Assembly (NCBI GenBank): GCA_000320545.1
Contig: ADNK01000048.1
Span: 62,001-126,000, forward strand
DNA length: 64,000 bases
Direction: 5' to 3'
Origin: Bigelowiella natans CCMP2755
Lineage: Eukaryota; Protista; Cercozoa
Below, in pieces: positions 1 through 11,219 of the stretch. Under the pieces are notes generated by a model. That model was not told the origin of the DNA and ran no database searches. It saw nothing but the letters and a program-made list of their open reading frames with translations. The position numbers and the translations under genes are program-made. The first letter of the stretch is position 1. Every line of letters begins with the position of its first letter.

Positions 1-1535
1 TGTTTCAGAAGTTGAGATGTCAGCTTCGGAGATATGTGGACACGCATCCTTCGGCATGCTGGCAATCTCGTAATGCCTTAAGCATACTCAATAAAAGTGT
101 ATAGTGAGAATACCTAGCTGAAATTCGCTCTTTGATTTCCTAGATATGCCGAGTCGGACATGTTGGCATTACGCGCTTTTGCTATAGCATCAATAGGATC
201 GATGATGGCTTTCAACTACTGGCACCCAGGCACGTTCCTCGTCTAACATTATCTTCTCTAGAGCCTTCATTTACGAGAGATGCATACTCTCTCTCTCTGT
301 CTGTCTGTCTCTTCCAGTGGGATTTCCTCTTTGGCTGCCTTTCCGATGGAACGCACTGTTTCTGGCCATCAATCTGCTATGGGTGAAAATACTCACATCC
401 TGCAAACTAACTTCAATTCGATAAGACTGATGCCGCCGCTGATGCTGCTCTTCTCTAATAGGTAGGCGACCTATACTACAAGAGTCGTATGTCGTGGATC
501 GATTCCAAGGTTGTAATAAGTTGCCGCCATTACCCCCGCTGCGCCTCCTGCCTTCCTCATGGAACATCTCCTCCTCCTCATGGTACTTTATTTTCTTATT
601 CAGGTAAATCTGGATGAGGTTCACAGGCATGTGTTTCCCAGTCTACAGAAAACGGACTTTGCCAGCCTAATGAAAACCGCGGTGTCCGAGGAATACACGA
701 AAGGAACTGAGCTGACGAAGGTGTTGAGAGTAGCGTCAATTCCGTCAAAATAAGTTTTATTTCCCGATTCGATCGTGGAACATTTGAGTGGGTTGCCTTA
801 TTACAAACCTTCTGCATGCCTCTTGCTCTCCCTGTGCAGGAAAATGCGCTGAACGACAAGGTGTTCTTGATCGTGAACGGCAAAGTCACAGTCACAAAGG
901 GGGGGAAACCGCTGTATAATCTAACCACGTGTCAGTTTGTGGTGAGCAATCAATTCAATAACGCAGAACTCTTATTGATATGAAAGCAATGCTATTTATT
1001 ATTATTATCATCATCATCATCATCATCCTCCTCATTGACGTCGTCGTCGTCATCATCATCATCCTTATATTCGTCATCACCATCATTCCTCATATGCCTC
1101 GATATGAGCGGTAGCATATCACCATCTACGATATGATTGGAGTTTCTTCTTTCTGTTGCCTGCTCCACATTGTTCTTCTTTTTGCTGCAGGGCACTCTCG
1201 GTGTGCACACTTCACTGTACATCGACAAATCGATGTCTTCTACCGAGGTCATTTGTCATTTTTTTAACCATGAGAGCTGCGGATCTCATTTTGTTTGCAT
1301 AAAAAGAATCAGTCTAAAATGATGTTTGATCTTGGTCTTCTCTTCCTTTATTTGTCCTTCTTCGCCTATCCGACCTCCTTGTTGCTGACAGGTTACCTCT
1401 CGCACATTGCGTTGCCTTGTGTGGAGCAAAGATGACTTGGTTCGAGCATTATTACTTTTACTACTACTACTACTAGATTGTACGATAGTCTAGGTAGCAA
1501 TGGAATACATTTTTGTATATGCCATATATACGCAT

Positions 1536-1600
<65 letters not shown>

Positions 1601-3231
1601 AGGGAGAGAGAGAGAGAGAGAGACACGATACTTCAATAAGTATAAAATATAAGCCACTTTCCTTCTGGACCGCCAGGCACGAGCAGTGGAAGGAAATTCT
1701 AGGCTGTTGGCAGCCGTTGATGCCGCTCTAAGCATCGATGAGCTTCGGAAGACCTTCGCAGCAGCCGACCCCGCCCAACATGTAGGCAAAGTGCAGAGTT
1801 TCTGTTTTTGTACTTTTCGCGAAGCTTGTTATGTGTGGAAAATACCGATTAAATTGTTGCCTGCCATGCTGCGAAGAGAGCTATATCGACGTCCCATAAC
1901 AATGACCACTGGTGACGTTCTGAAAGATGTTTCTTTCTTTCCTCTTTCTTTTCTTCCAATGGTGATCCTCATCATCATCATCGTCGTCGTCGTCGTCGTC
2001 GTCATCCCCACCTCCCCATTCTATCTAGGAACTCAAGGATGGCGCTAAGACCGAATCTGGAAGAATGTATGATGTTCTTGTTCAGGTGCGGCGTGGTTAG
2101 GATTAGTAGGAAGTAATAATGGCAGCCTTTTTGACGCATATGAATCATCTTGGATCTTGTGCTCTACATCATGGTTATGATCCTAAATTATTGGTGGCTG
2201 GTTATTTACACAACTAGAGTATGATGAAGGAGGAGACCTCCGTCTCGAATCGTACGAAGAATGCTCTCAGACGATTCCGCGTATGCGAAACCAATACACA
2301 GCTTAGAGAGTCTTCCAAAAATAAAACAGATTTTTTTGACAGAGGGAAATTTTACCTTGCGGCGATGCGTCGTATTCATGGAGTAATTGTTGGGCTGGAA
2401 ACATTCTCGCTATGATTTCGAGTTTTTTGTATTGGTACTTTCTTCGTTTGTGAGCTCACTTTCCTCCTCGCTTTCTCGCAATGTTCAGATTCTTTACAAC
2501 GTGGGCTATGATCGGCACGTGAACGCACTACAAAAGTCGGGGTATGAATACAGCAAAGGACAGTGGGGCTTTTATTACATGCTGTAAGAGGAGGAGGATG
2601 GAGAAGAGAAGATAACGATGTTGGGAAGAGGGAGGGTTAGTTTTTCTACATGAATGATTGGGGGCTCACAATTCCACACCTCCACCCCTCTGTTCGAATA
2701 TCGATGAAACTCGAAGTAACGTGCATGCGCGTCGCTGTTCTGATGAAGCATATTCTCATTGGAAATAACCGCAATTGTTTATGGCGATAATAAAATAGAT
2801 GGAGTGAAAAGCAGTACAAGGACGGATTTAAATCCCTGGTCACAACCCGTTTTGCTTTCAAAAATATCTGAATGCTGTGTGTATGTGCGTATGGCAGCAC
2901 TCCTATACTAGGCCAAAACTAAATACATCCAATATAATGAGTTCGCGCCCTTCCTATAGGATCTCTCTCATCTTAAAATACTGCTGCATATTGCTTGGCT
3001 CAGGAAAACGAAAACGTTGATGCAATGGACGATCATACAGCCGTGCATAATCCTCACCACAGCGCCCACACAGGTATTTGCTGTCTGAGTGATTTAGATT
3101 TCTACTAGCAACAAAAGGTCGGGTTGGTGGTTGCGAATCATTGAAATCTTTGTCTCATGCCCATCTGTTTTTTCCTTCGAAATACTCACTTCCAATTATT
3201 TTCTTAATCAAGCACTGGGCGAAATTTACTA
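1..3231 (+). CDS. Popeye-like membrane protein with cNMP-binding-like domain (multi-exon, 5'-partial)
   Basis: Spliced reading: ...CGHASFGMLAIS|YAESDMLALRAFAIASIGSMMAFNYWHP|VGFPLWLPFRWNALFLAINLLW|VGDLYYKSRMSWIDSK|VNLDEVHRHVFPSLQKTDFASLMKTA...GTELTK|ENALNDKVFLIVNGKVTVTKGGKPLYNLTTCQFV|GTLGVHTSL...|VTSRTLRCLVWSKDDL|ARAVEGNSRLLAAVDAALSIDELRK. Three TM helices followed by a cNMP beta-barrel is the Popeye-like layout. The last exons and stop (TAG at about 3231) are less certain. Confidence 0.75.
1542..1623. repeat. Compound microsatellite (CT)n-(CA)n-(GA)n in an intron
   Basis: Directly visible dinucleotide runs inside the 1441-1676 intron. Confidence 0.95.
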
Positions 3232-3830
3232 GCGTCCTGGAGGACGCATGGGACCTGTACATTGATTAAAAAGTATGTAAAGAAATAGCAGCTTGCGAAC
3301 GTGTTCATTGCGTCCTAGCTCGTCGTCGTGGCTAAAATAAACAGTGGCGCCTAGTCTTACATTGATTGGTGATTCAAAAGAGCAGCGTAGCATGTTTTCC
3401 GTCGCATGTCTAGTTTTATTCATAGTATTGTCACAGTATTCCATCTTCCGATATGATCTAGATAATGCCGTTTATTAGAGCTTATTTTTCGCAAAGACTA
3501 TTTCCCTGTATGCATGTGGACAGCCATGCTAGCATACTAGTAGCATGGGGAATCAATCAATCGGCATGATTTTAGAGATGTGCTTTGCATTACTTGCAGC
3601 ACCAGCAGGCAGATGATGTTTTGTTTTCATGATTCTGAGCCGGCGATAAATATTGCATCCCACGCTGCGCTGCACAGTTTGACACATCGCTGATGACGGA
3701 TAATGTCTAAATATACGTAGCTTTACAACGGACACGGCAGCATGCAAAAATTACACGTGTTAAGTCAGTTCGTTTGCTATTTAAGCAAACTAGATTAAAA
3801 ACATAGTATATGCTGTACATTTTCTATTAT

Positions 3831-5252
3831 CTAGCTACTCCGAGGGGAAGAGTAGTACATGAAGTACATATTTCCAACGATTGAAAGCCACATCCCGAAA
3901 TCTACATCATCTTTATAGTTTTCCGATTCAATTCTCCAATCTTCAGAATATGAGATATCGATCGTCGCTTGGACAAAAAAGTAATAAATAAATGACACAC
4001 CAATAACAGGAACAAGAAGTAATGTTGATAAGATAAGCCAATTTAGCTTTCTAATTGTTTTTGCTGCTGCTACAGCTTTCTGCTTTCGACGCCTCAAAAG
4101 ATTCGCTCCCGATGATCTCGGAGATTGGTGAGATTTAGCAGACTTAGACGCTGCTGAGCGAGAAGGCCCTGTCATGCTCGCACTCATCGACACGGACACT
4201 TCCAATCGACCCCCCATCGTTTTGGAATTTTCTTCCCTCTGTACGCTCGCAGGCTTATGCACCTGCTGGGACACCCCAAAGTGCGACACTCTCTTAGGTG
4301 AAAGCTCTGACATCTCGCTCGCACCCTCCCTCCTGTTTTCGGGAAGTCTCATCAGGTTTTGAGAAATGGTATTCTTTTCTTCATATCGTGTTGTTGTCGA
4401 TCGGATGGTTGAGGCTTTAGACATTCCCGTTGAGTTTTTCGTAGTTTCGATTAAGAAGCTTCTCAGCCTCCACAAAGAGTACAAGTAGAATATTCCTGCA
4501 ACCCAAATTGTAACGGATATTGCAAGGTGTTTCGCAGCGTTAAACCGGAAATCATCGGCGACTAACGTCCCAATCATTGATGTCAGCATGGTGAGAAGAA
4601 CGACAACGACACCTGAATATCGTATGAATTCAGGAACGCCACTTGTCAGAAAGAGTTTATTTCTATCACAAATCACCGCAAGTTATGATCCCAGACGAAA
4701 ATTTTGGTTTCTTTGCCGTGAGATTAGCCGTAGAGTATGCAGCATTGCTCACAAGGTAGGTCAAGAACTGCGAGGAAAGTAGTCAGCAATTAAACTGTTA
4801 TTTGTACTACTATTACCAGAAAAAGTGTTAACAAAATAGCCTGAAAAGAACACAACACATCACAAATTAAAAAACGCTTCCCAAATTCTACAGGGAAATC
4901 TCTATTACTATTCCAATTGAGTTCAGCACATTGTACGCTTCCCTAATTATGAATTGTCAGTAAGAATGTAATAACATGAGGTAAGCACGTTTTTTTCACC
5001 AGCCGAAGGCCGCCGGCTCATGCGCCCCGACAAAGTAGACCCCGAAAACGAGACTATTGAACGTGCACAAGCTGATTGAAAGAGAAATCAAAATGGAGGC
5101 CATGCAAGGTTTTAAAATAGCGACCATGACATCCGTTGCAGGTGTATTGGCAACAGCGATCGAGTGGTATTTCTCACACCCCATGATACTTGAAGGAGGC
5201 AGACTGCTGTTTTGAGGGAGTCGCTGACAACCCACCTGGAGTCCGCCGTCAT
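3831..5252 (-). CDS. Orphan 6-7TM GPCR-like membrane protein (multi-exon)
   Basis: Spliced hydrophobic segments: ASILISLSISLCTFNSLVFGVYFVG; YNVLNSIGI|AILLTLFL|FLTYLVSNAAY; IRYSGVVVVLLTMLTSMIGTLV; HLAISVTIWVAGIFYLYSLWRL; then a long S/R/K-rich loop; KLNWLILSTLLLVPVIGVSFIYYFF; FGMWLSIVGNMYFMYY. The 5' end is uncertain. Confidence 0.6.
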
Positions 5253-5852
5253 TGGGGACGAAGGATGGAGCTTGGGACCAAGTGTACTTCTACCCCAAAC
5301 CCTAATAAAACATTTCCTAGTCCGCGCGTGTAACCCTCGTCGTTCTGGTAGCCCGGCCTCAAACAAAGACATGCTGTTTTTCAACTTTCTCGTCGAAATT
5401 GCAATGCAAAGGGCATTGTGTCCACGTGGATCCGGAACGAAGCGGCAGTATTAGTGCGCAGCGCACTAAAGCACCTTGCTTCACTAAAGCATCTGCTTGC
5501 TGCCGAAGACGAGTTTCATGGGAAACTTCGACAAATTGCGCATGATGCATTAGTCGCGTATCAAAATCCAATGCCATTTTATCGTGTCGATTATCTCCCT
5601 TTTTTGCTGTATTTGTTTTTTATCAGAGCGCAATCTGAGTGGCGTCAGCGGCGTCAGCTGATTCCCAATGTGGCTTTCTCTCTTTGGGTCGATATTGTTG
5701 AGACATGCGAAAAACTACCACAGCATTCTTATCCAAGTGAGCGGCAGAGAATTGAGATAATAAAACTGAGGATGTTTTCAGTATATATCATTTTCTAAGT
5801 CCCAAATATGTATAGCAACACTAGCAACAACTGTTCATTTTCTCTGTCCGAA

Positions 5853-8800
5853 ATGGAGTCCCTTCGCTTTTCGCTCGGTAGTCCGTCGGTGGAGCGCTTC
5901 GAGGGTCGCGCCGCGCTCTGTTCTGTGCCCAAAGCGTTTGAATCTAAGAAGAGGGAGAATCCCCACAGGAAAGCATGGAGTCCTGCAGCTACTAAGAAAA
6001 AAGATCCGTGTGGCGTTTGTGTCGAGAAAGTTCCACTTCACTTCTCCATCGCCGACCTCTACCATGTAGCGATTTTATATCTCTGCGATTACACACACAT
6101 TGCTAATGGCTTTACGTTGTGTGTCACAAACAGTTTCTTTCGGGCTTCATGGACCACATCATCCATGCTCAAGTCGTCGAGGTGATCGTTCCCGATCTAA
6201 GCTCGTCGTCCAGCGCGAAGCACGGAAGTAGTAGCGACGAGGAGATGACGTACGCTATTTTCATCCGATTCCGAACGTCAAAGGTCTTTCATCTACATGC
6301 GTCACTTTCAATGCTTTCGCGGTGAAACTTCCATTCACACGTTTGTGCCGCTCAGCACGCTAAAGACTTCGTTGAGAAGATGAACGGGCAGTCGTTTTCA
6401 AGTCTAGAACCCCACCTTCGATGCAAAATCTCCTTTCTTATGGTATGTGCAAATTGCGTATGACTATACGCGGTAGTATCAAAAGTAGTAGCTGTGATTA
6501 TAATGATGGTAGTGGGGAAGTGGAAGAAGCAGACAGGGGGTAGTTGGGAGTGTTTTTACAGGAAGAACAAGTCATCGTTATTTTTAGCCAGATGCAAATA
6601 CGTTTGCCTATTCTTGCTGGCCTGCAATCTGTTATATGTTCCATTAATGTTCTGATAGGCGACAAATTTGGCTCCAACTCCGGTTCGTAGTCGTAGTCAT
6701 CATGTTAGTAGTAATGACGGCGGGGATGTGAAGAAGGACAGTGGTAAGGATGATTCGGAGGAAACATCGGCCCCAAATCCGAAACACGAGGCATCGTCCT
6801 CGTCATCATCCCTATCGTCGGCTTCATCAGCTCTACGACACTGGTGTTTTCCTGAGAGAAGCGGGAATGGAGTATGCGATAAGTGCCCTGTGTGTCTTGA
6901 GCCAATCGCCAGTTCCAACATGAGCGGCGAGGATGGCGAAGAAAAAGAAGAAGAAAGGAAGGCCGGAATTCGTAGCCTTTGCATGCATATGTAAGCTGAA
7001 CATATTTCTTTGAATTGTAGCATCTGCAGTAGTTGCTGGCCCAGAACCTGCTCCGATTTTTCTTTGTGGAATGGTCATGTATGAATAGCAACTTCTACCC
7101 TACCACCAAATTAGATGCAAAGACGCAACGTCGCGATTAATAGCAATAATATTTCATGTATTCTTCTGTTTCTTCATCATCCTCTTCACTCGTCATATAT
7201 CTGGCATTCATGTAGGTTTCATTTTGAGTGCTTGGCCAAATGGTCGGATGCTTCGTGCCCCGTGTGCAGAGCCAGCACCCAGCCATGCCGTACGCAAGCA
7301 AACATGCACACACACGATGTCTCACGATCAGAGGAATAAAAAAAATAAATAAAAATTGAGAAACATTGAAACGGACATCGAGGACACTTCGAAAGAACAT
7401 GTCAAATATACGACGCAAACTTGCTTATGTGTTCTGTGTATTGTGTGTTTGTGGATAAAGCACCTTCTTCTTGTGAGGAGTGTGATGCGGTGACAGGGCT
7501 TTGGATGTGCATCGTATGTGGTACTACTCTTCCTACTACCAACCATTTCGACCCAACAACAATACAACAACCATTTCCAATGAAAGATTTTAGCAGCGGC
7601 AGATGATGGCGACATTGATAAAAGATGAAAACGAACGCCCCCCCGCCCCCTGCCCCCCATTTACTTGGTGCAAAAATTTCACACGTTTTTGCTTTTCATG
7701 ATTCGCTCTTTCAGGAAGCATATCGTGCTCCATTCACAGTCCGAATCACTTCAAAAGCACGGTTGATGTTGTGGCGATATTACATAAAATATTAAGGCAC
7801 CCTAATCGCCCCGTCGAGTGGTCTTGTGCGTGCATGTGTGTGCGGTGTACATTGCTGCATGCTGTTGACTTGCAAGAAGACCTCAATGTTTACCGACATG
7901 TAAAGGGGTACACGTCTTCTCTCAAGTTCTGAGGGGGAGAGGGGTGGATATACGAGGATTGCACGTGCATATATTTGCAAATGATATGCATAGATAAGTA
8001 GCTATACTATAACGCTGACCTCTATTTGGCCATTTGTATCGTGTCTTGGTCCCTGTCGCTACTGCTAGTAATACTATCCTACTGTTCTGTTCTAGAACCA
8101 CCCATTCGCTGTGAGCGTTGGTGGAGGTAATGATGTCACCCCGACCGTTTGGGACCACGCTAGTAGAAGGTAAATATCTGGAAAGAGGAGAGGGGGGCAC
8201 TGACGATTCGAAATAAAGGGGAAAATACACACAAAAACGAATGAATACATTAAAGAACAGTCTATGAAATAGGGTGGCTCCACGTCCTTCTTCGTCTTGA
8301 CGTCAGTTTCGTTAAACTAGATACACGTGGGAAGAATTAGTGGTGCAGCAGTTGTAGGAATAGTGCCAGCATTATATCATCATCGTCGGGTGTTGACGTC
8401 GACTTATATGACAACAGCTACGTATCGCGGTTGATGCTGACAGCAGATGGAAAGGTGAGATCATTTATTTTGGGGGTATTTAGAGAGGAATATTATCCCA
8501 ATATTGCTACCTCTCCCTCTATCCACCCCCCTCCCCCCCCCCTCTCTCTCTCTCTTTTCTTAATCTCTCACCACACATACCAAATATCAGCCTGTGGAGT
8601 ACTCATCGCGATCGCGCCGTTTTCAACACCCCGCAATGATGGGCATCAGTGAGAATAGTAGCGGTACGATGGAGGGGAGTGGAGGACTGGGTCAGGATGC
8701 AGGGGAGGAACTCACCGATAGCGAGCACGCAAACAGCCTGAAACTGGAGCAGGTGCAGCTTTCCTTCCCCCAACCACCGTATCTGTGCTCTATTCCTTGC

Positions 8801-10002
8801 CGTTTCATAGGGGCTGCTCTACCATGTCTAGTTCCTTCACCAGAGATGCGGTGGTGGTGTTGCAGTAACGGTGTCAATTACCGTTTGATTTGTCCCTACG
8901 CTTCCCCACCCTTTTTTGTGGCCATTATAATCATCATTCTCATTATCATCATCGCCACCACCACCTGCATGGCGGAGCATAAACTGTACAATCCCTCAGA
9001 TCGCCGTGGAGTTCAACTATCTCCTCAAGCAGCAGCTGGCGCAGCAGCGGACCCACTTCGAGCGCCGCCTCATGGACTCCCGACAGCAAGCGAACCGCAA
9101 GACGGAGCTCATCCAGGGGAAGGTCGCAGCTTGTTTTGGGATTATTCTGTTTGGGTGAGAAGGAAAGGAAGACGATAGTTATCATCGGTTTTATGTCCTC
9201 CTACTTACGCAATCTATAGCGGCCTTACATGTAATAATGATGATCAGCTCCGGCAACTGAGGGCTTTGAACCAGGAAGTCTTCCAGCGTTTGGATGGGGC
9301 GCAGCAGAGGCTGGTAGTAGCACAGAAGAAGAAAAAGGTGGGTGAACGGCAAGACCAAACTTACTCATTTAATTTACCCCGCTACAATGTTTGTATGCAA
9401 AAGATATATGTGTTCCATACGCAACCGCCCTTCCTGATTCTTGTCGCCACCCACGATAAAGGCGTTAAGCTCCGAGCTTGAAGCAGTGAAAATACGTCGC
9501 GAAAGGATGCAGGTATCATGTGGATATATGTGTATACCCTTTGTGAAAGTTTGGACCTAGAATAACTGTCTTCTTCGAACTCCCTGCTACCTTTCTGTCC
9601 AATTTTCCTCCTATCACTGCTAGTCCTTGAATACGGAGTTGTTGAAGCGTCAAGAAAATAAGCGTAAGAAAGTGGAGACTGCGAGAAGGCTGAGAGAGGA
9701 GGATCGTGTGCGACGTATAAAGCTCAAAGAGGCTAAGATTCAAGAATTGCAGGTCACTGCTTCTTGCCACAATCCGTTCATTTGCGCATGGACACGTGCA
9801 TGGAAAATGAGGCAGCCAGCTTTAAATTCGACAAAGAGAGTTCAAGTTTGCACATGATTAGTTAGCTGCTAGATGTTCCCCGAAAACACGTGGCATGGGA
9901 TTAAAGTGCTATTTTTGAATTAGGAGCAGATCCACGACTTGAGAAGCTTCCTCAAAACACGAGGTTCTGTTAACAAAGCAAAAAGGGGGGGAGGAACGGT
10001 AG
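5853..10002 (+). CDS. BRAP: BRAP2/IMP/ETP1-type E3 ubiquitin ligase (BRAP2 domain, RING-H2, ZnF-UBP, coiled coil)
   Basis: Exons give FSLGSPSVERFEG; TYAIFIRFRTSK|HAKDFVEKMNGQSFSSLEP (BRAP2 domain); CPVCLEPI...CMHMFHFECLAKWSDASCPVCR (RING-H2); CEECDAVTGLWMCIVCG (ZnF-UBP); KLEQ|IAVEFNYLLKQQLAQQRTHFE and EQIHDLRSFLK (coiled coil). Domain order matches BRAP2. Confidence 0.88.
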
Positions 10003-11219
10003 TTGATGTAGCTATCAACGCTGGGAAAAGCGGTGGACGGCGAGGGGAACGCAAACGAGGAAGGCGAAGGAGAAGCAAGAAGTAGCCACGTGCCTAAACA
10101 TGTTGATGTGCGACAGTGGCACAATGCAGTCGCATCTGTTTGCGAGGGCATGCTCAGCACACCACACCGCCATTGCTAGATTGCGGTTGTGCATGATTTC
10201 ATCATTGTGACTTTGCAACAATAGATGCACATCACATGCTAGCATGCGCTCTGGAGCTGTGTCAACAACTGGCAGAGCTGTGCAACAATGATCGGAGTGC
10301 CACGGTCAACAGCATCGTTGCAAGCCTCACACTCACAAAACCGATGAACGAACATGCAAGATCGACGTGCACGTGCTAGCGTGGCCAAGCTTGTCCAAAG
10401 CGCAGCGTGGATCAAGTGACAGCGAAGTTCGCATGTGCAAGCTAGCCAGCATGCAAGCGCATGATGCAGCTAGCTAGCTAGGGCTTGCATGTCCATTCAA
10501 GTTCAGTCAGATGTCAAATAAATTGCGTGCCTGTCGACAGTCAGCAACAGGTGGTGCTGTGCCACCAGCAGGGAGGGGGGGGGGAAGAGCAGCGGAGAGC
10601 GTTGTCGTCAGAACAAATTGAAGAGAAGAAGAGAACTCAAAAATGAGACAGACCGAGCTAGCGAGGTGGAGGAGAGGAATGAGATTGCTGTTCCTTGAGC
10701 TTGAGGCTTCACCGGGCGGTGTTCACCCGCTCTGATTCACATTTCTTTCACACGGAGAGTTGCTCGCAGATTGTGAGACCCTGCACTTCTGGCTGCTCAC
10801 ATCCACCTTTGCATTGCACTTGTTTCTAGGTGAGAAAACGCACGTGCCAACCCACATTGACAGGAGCAGTCCTTTTTGTTTTCAGTTCTTGGTCGATGCT
10901 GCCCCTCTCGGTGATCACTGGTCAAGGAACTGCTTCCATTCTCGAGAATCCAGAGGAATTGGTGCTGAAGCTGAATCACCCATTGAGCAGAGAGCATTCC
11001 AGCAACACGATTCGCATCAGTGAAAAAAACATCGATGTTTTTACCCAAATACCCATGGATATCGAAGCCTTTTTTTTGTAGCTATGGTAAAAACTAACGA
11101 AGAGGATGTTGAGTATGGGTAGAACAATTATATCTTAGTAATATCTGCCTCGGAAAATTTATCTATTTTCTCTGTCGTACCTGACCTTCTTCTGCGTCAG
11201 CAGCCGAGTCGGAGGGGGA

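Noticed and set aside
992-1789. Poly-D and CVCV/RERE ORFs
   Set aside because: Translations of intronic microsatellites.
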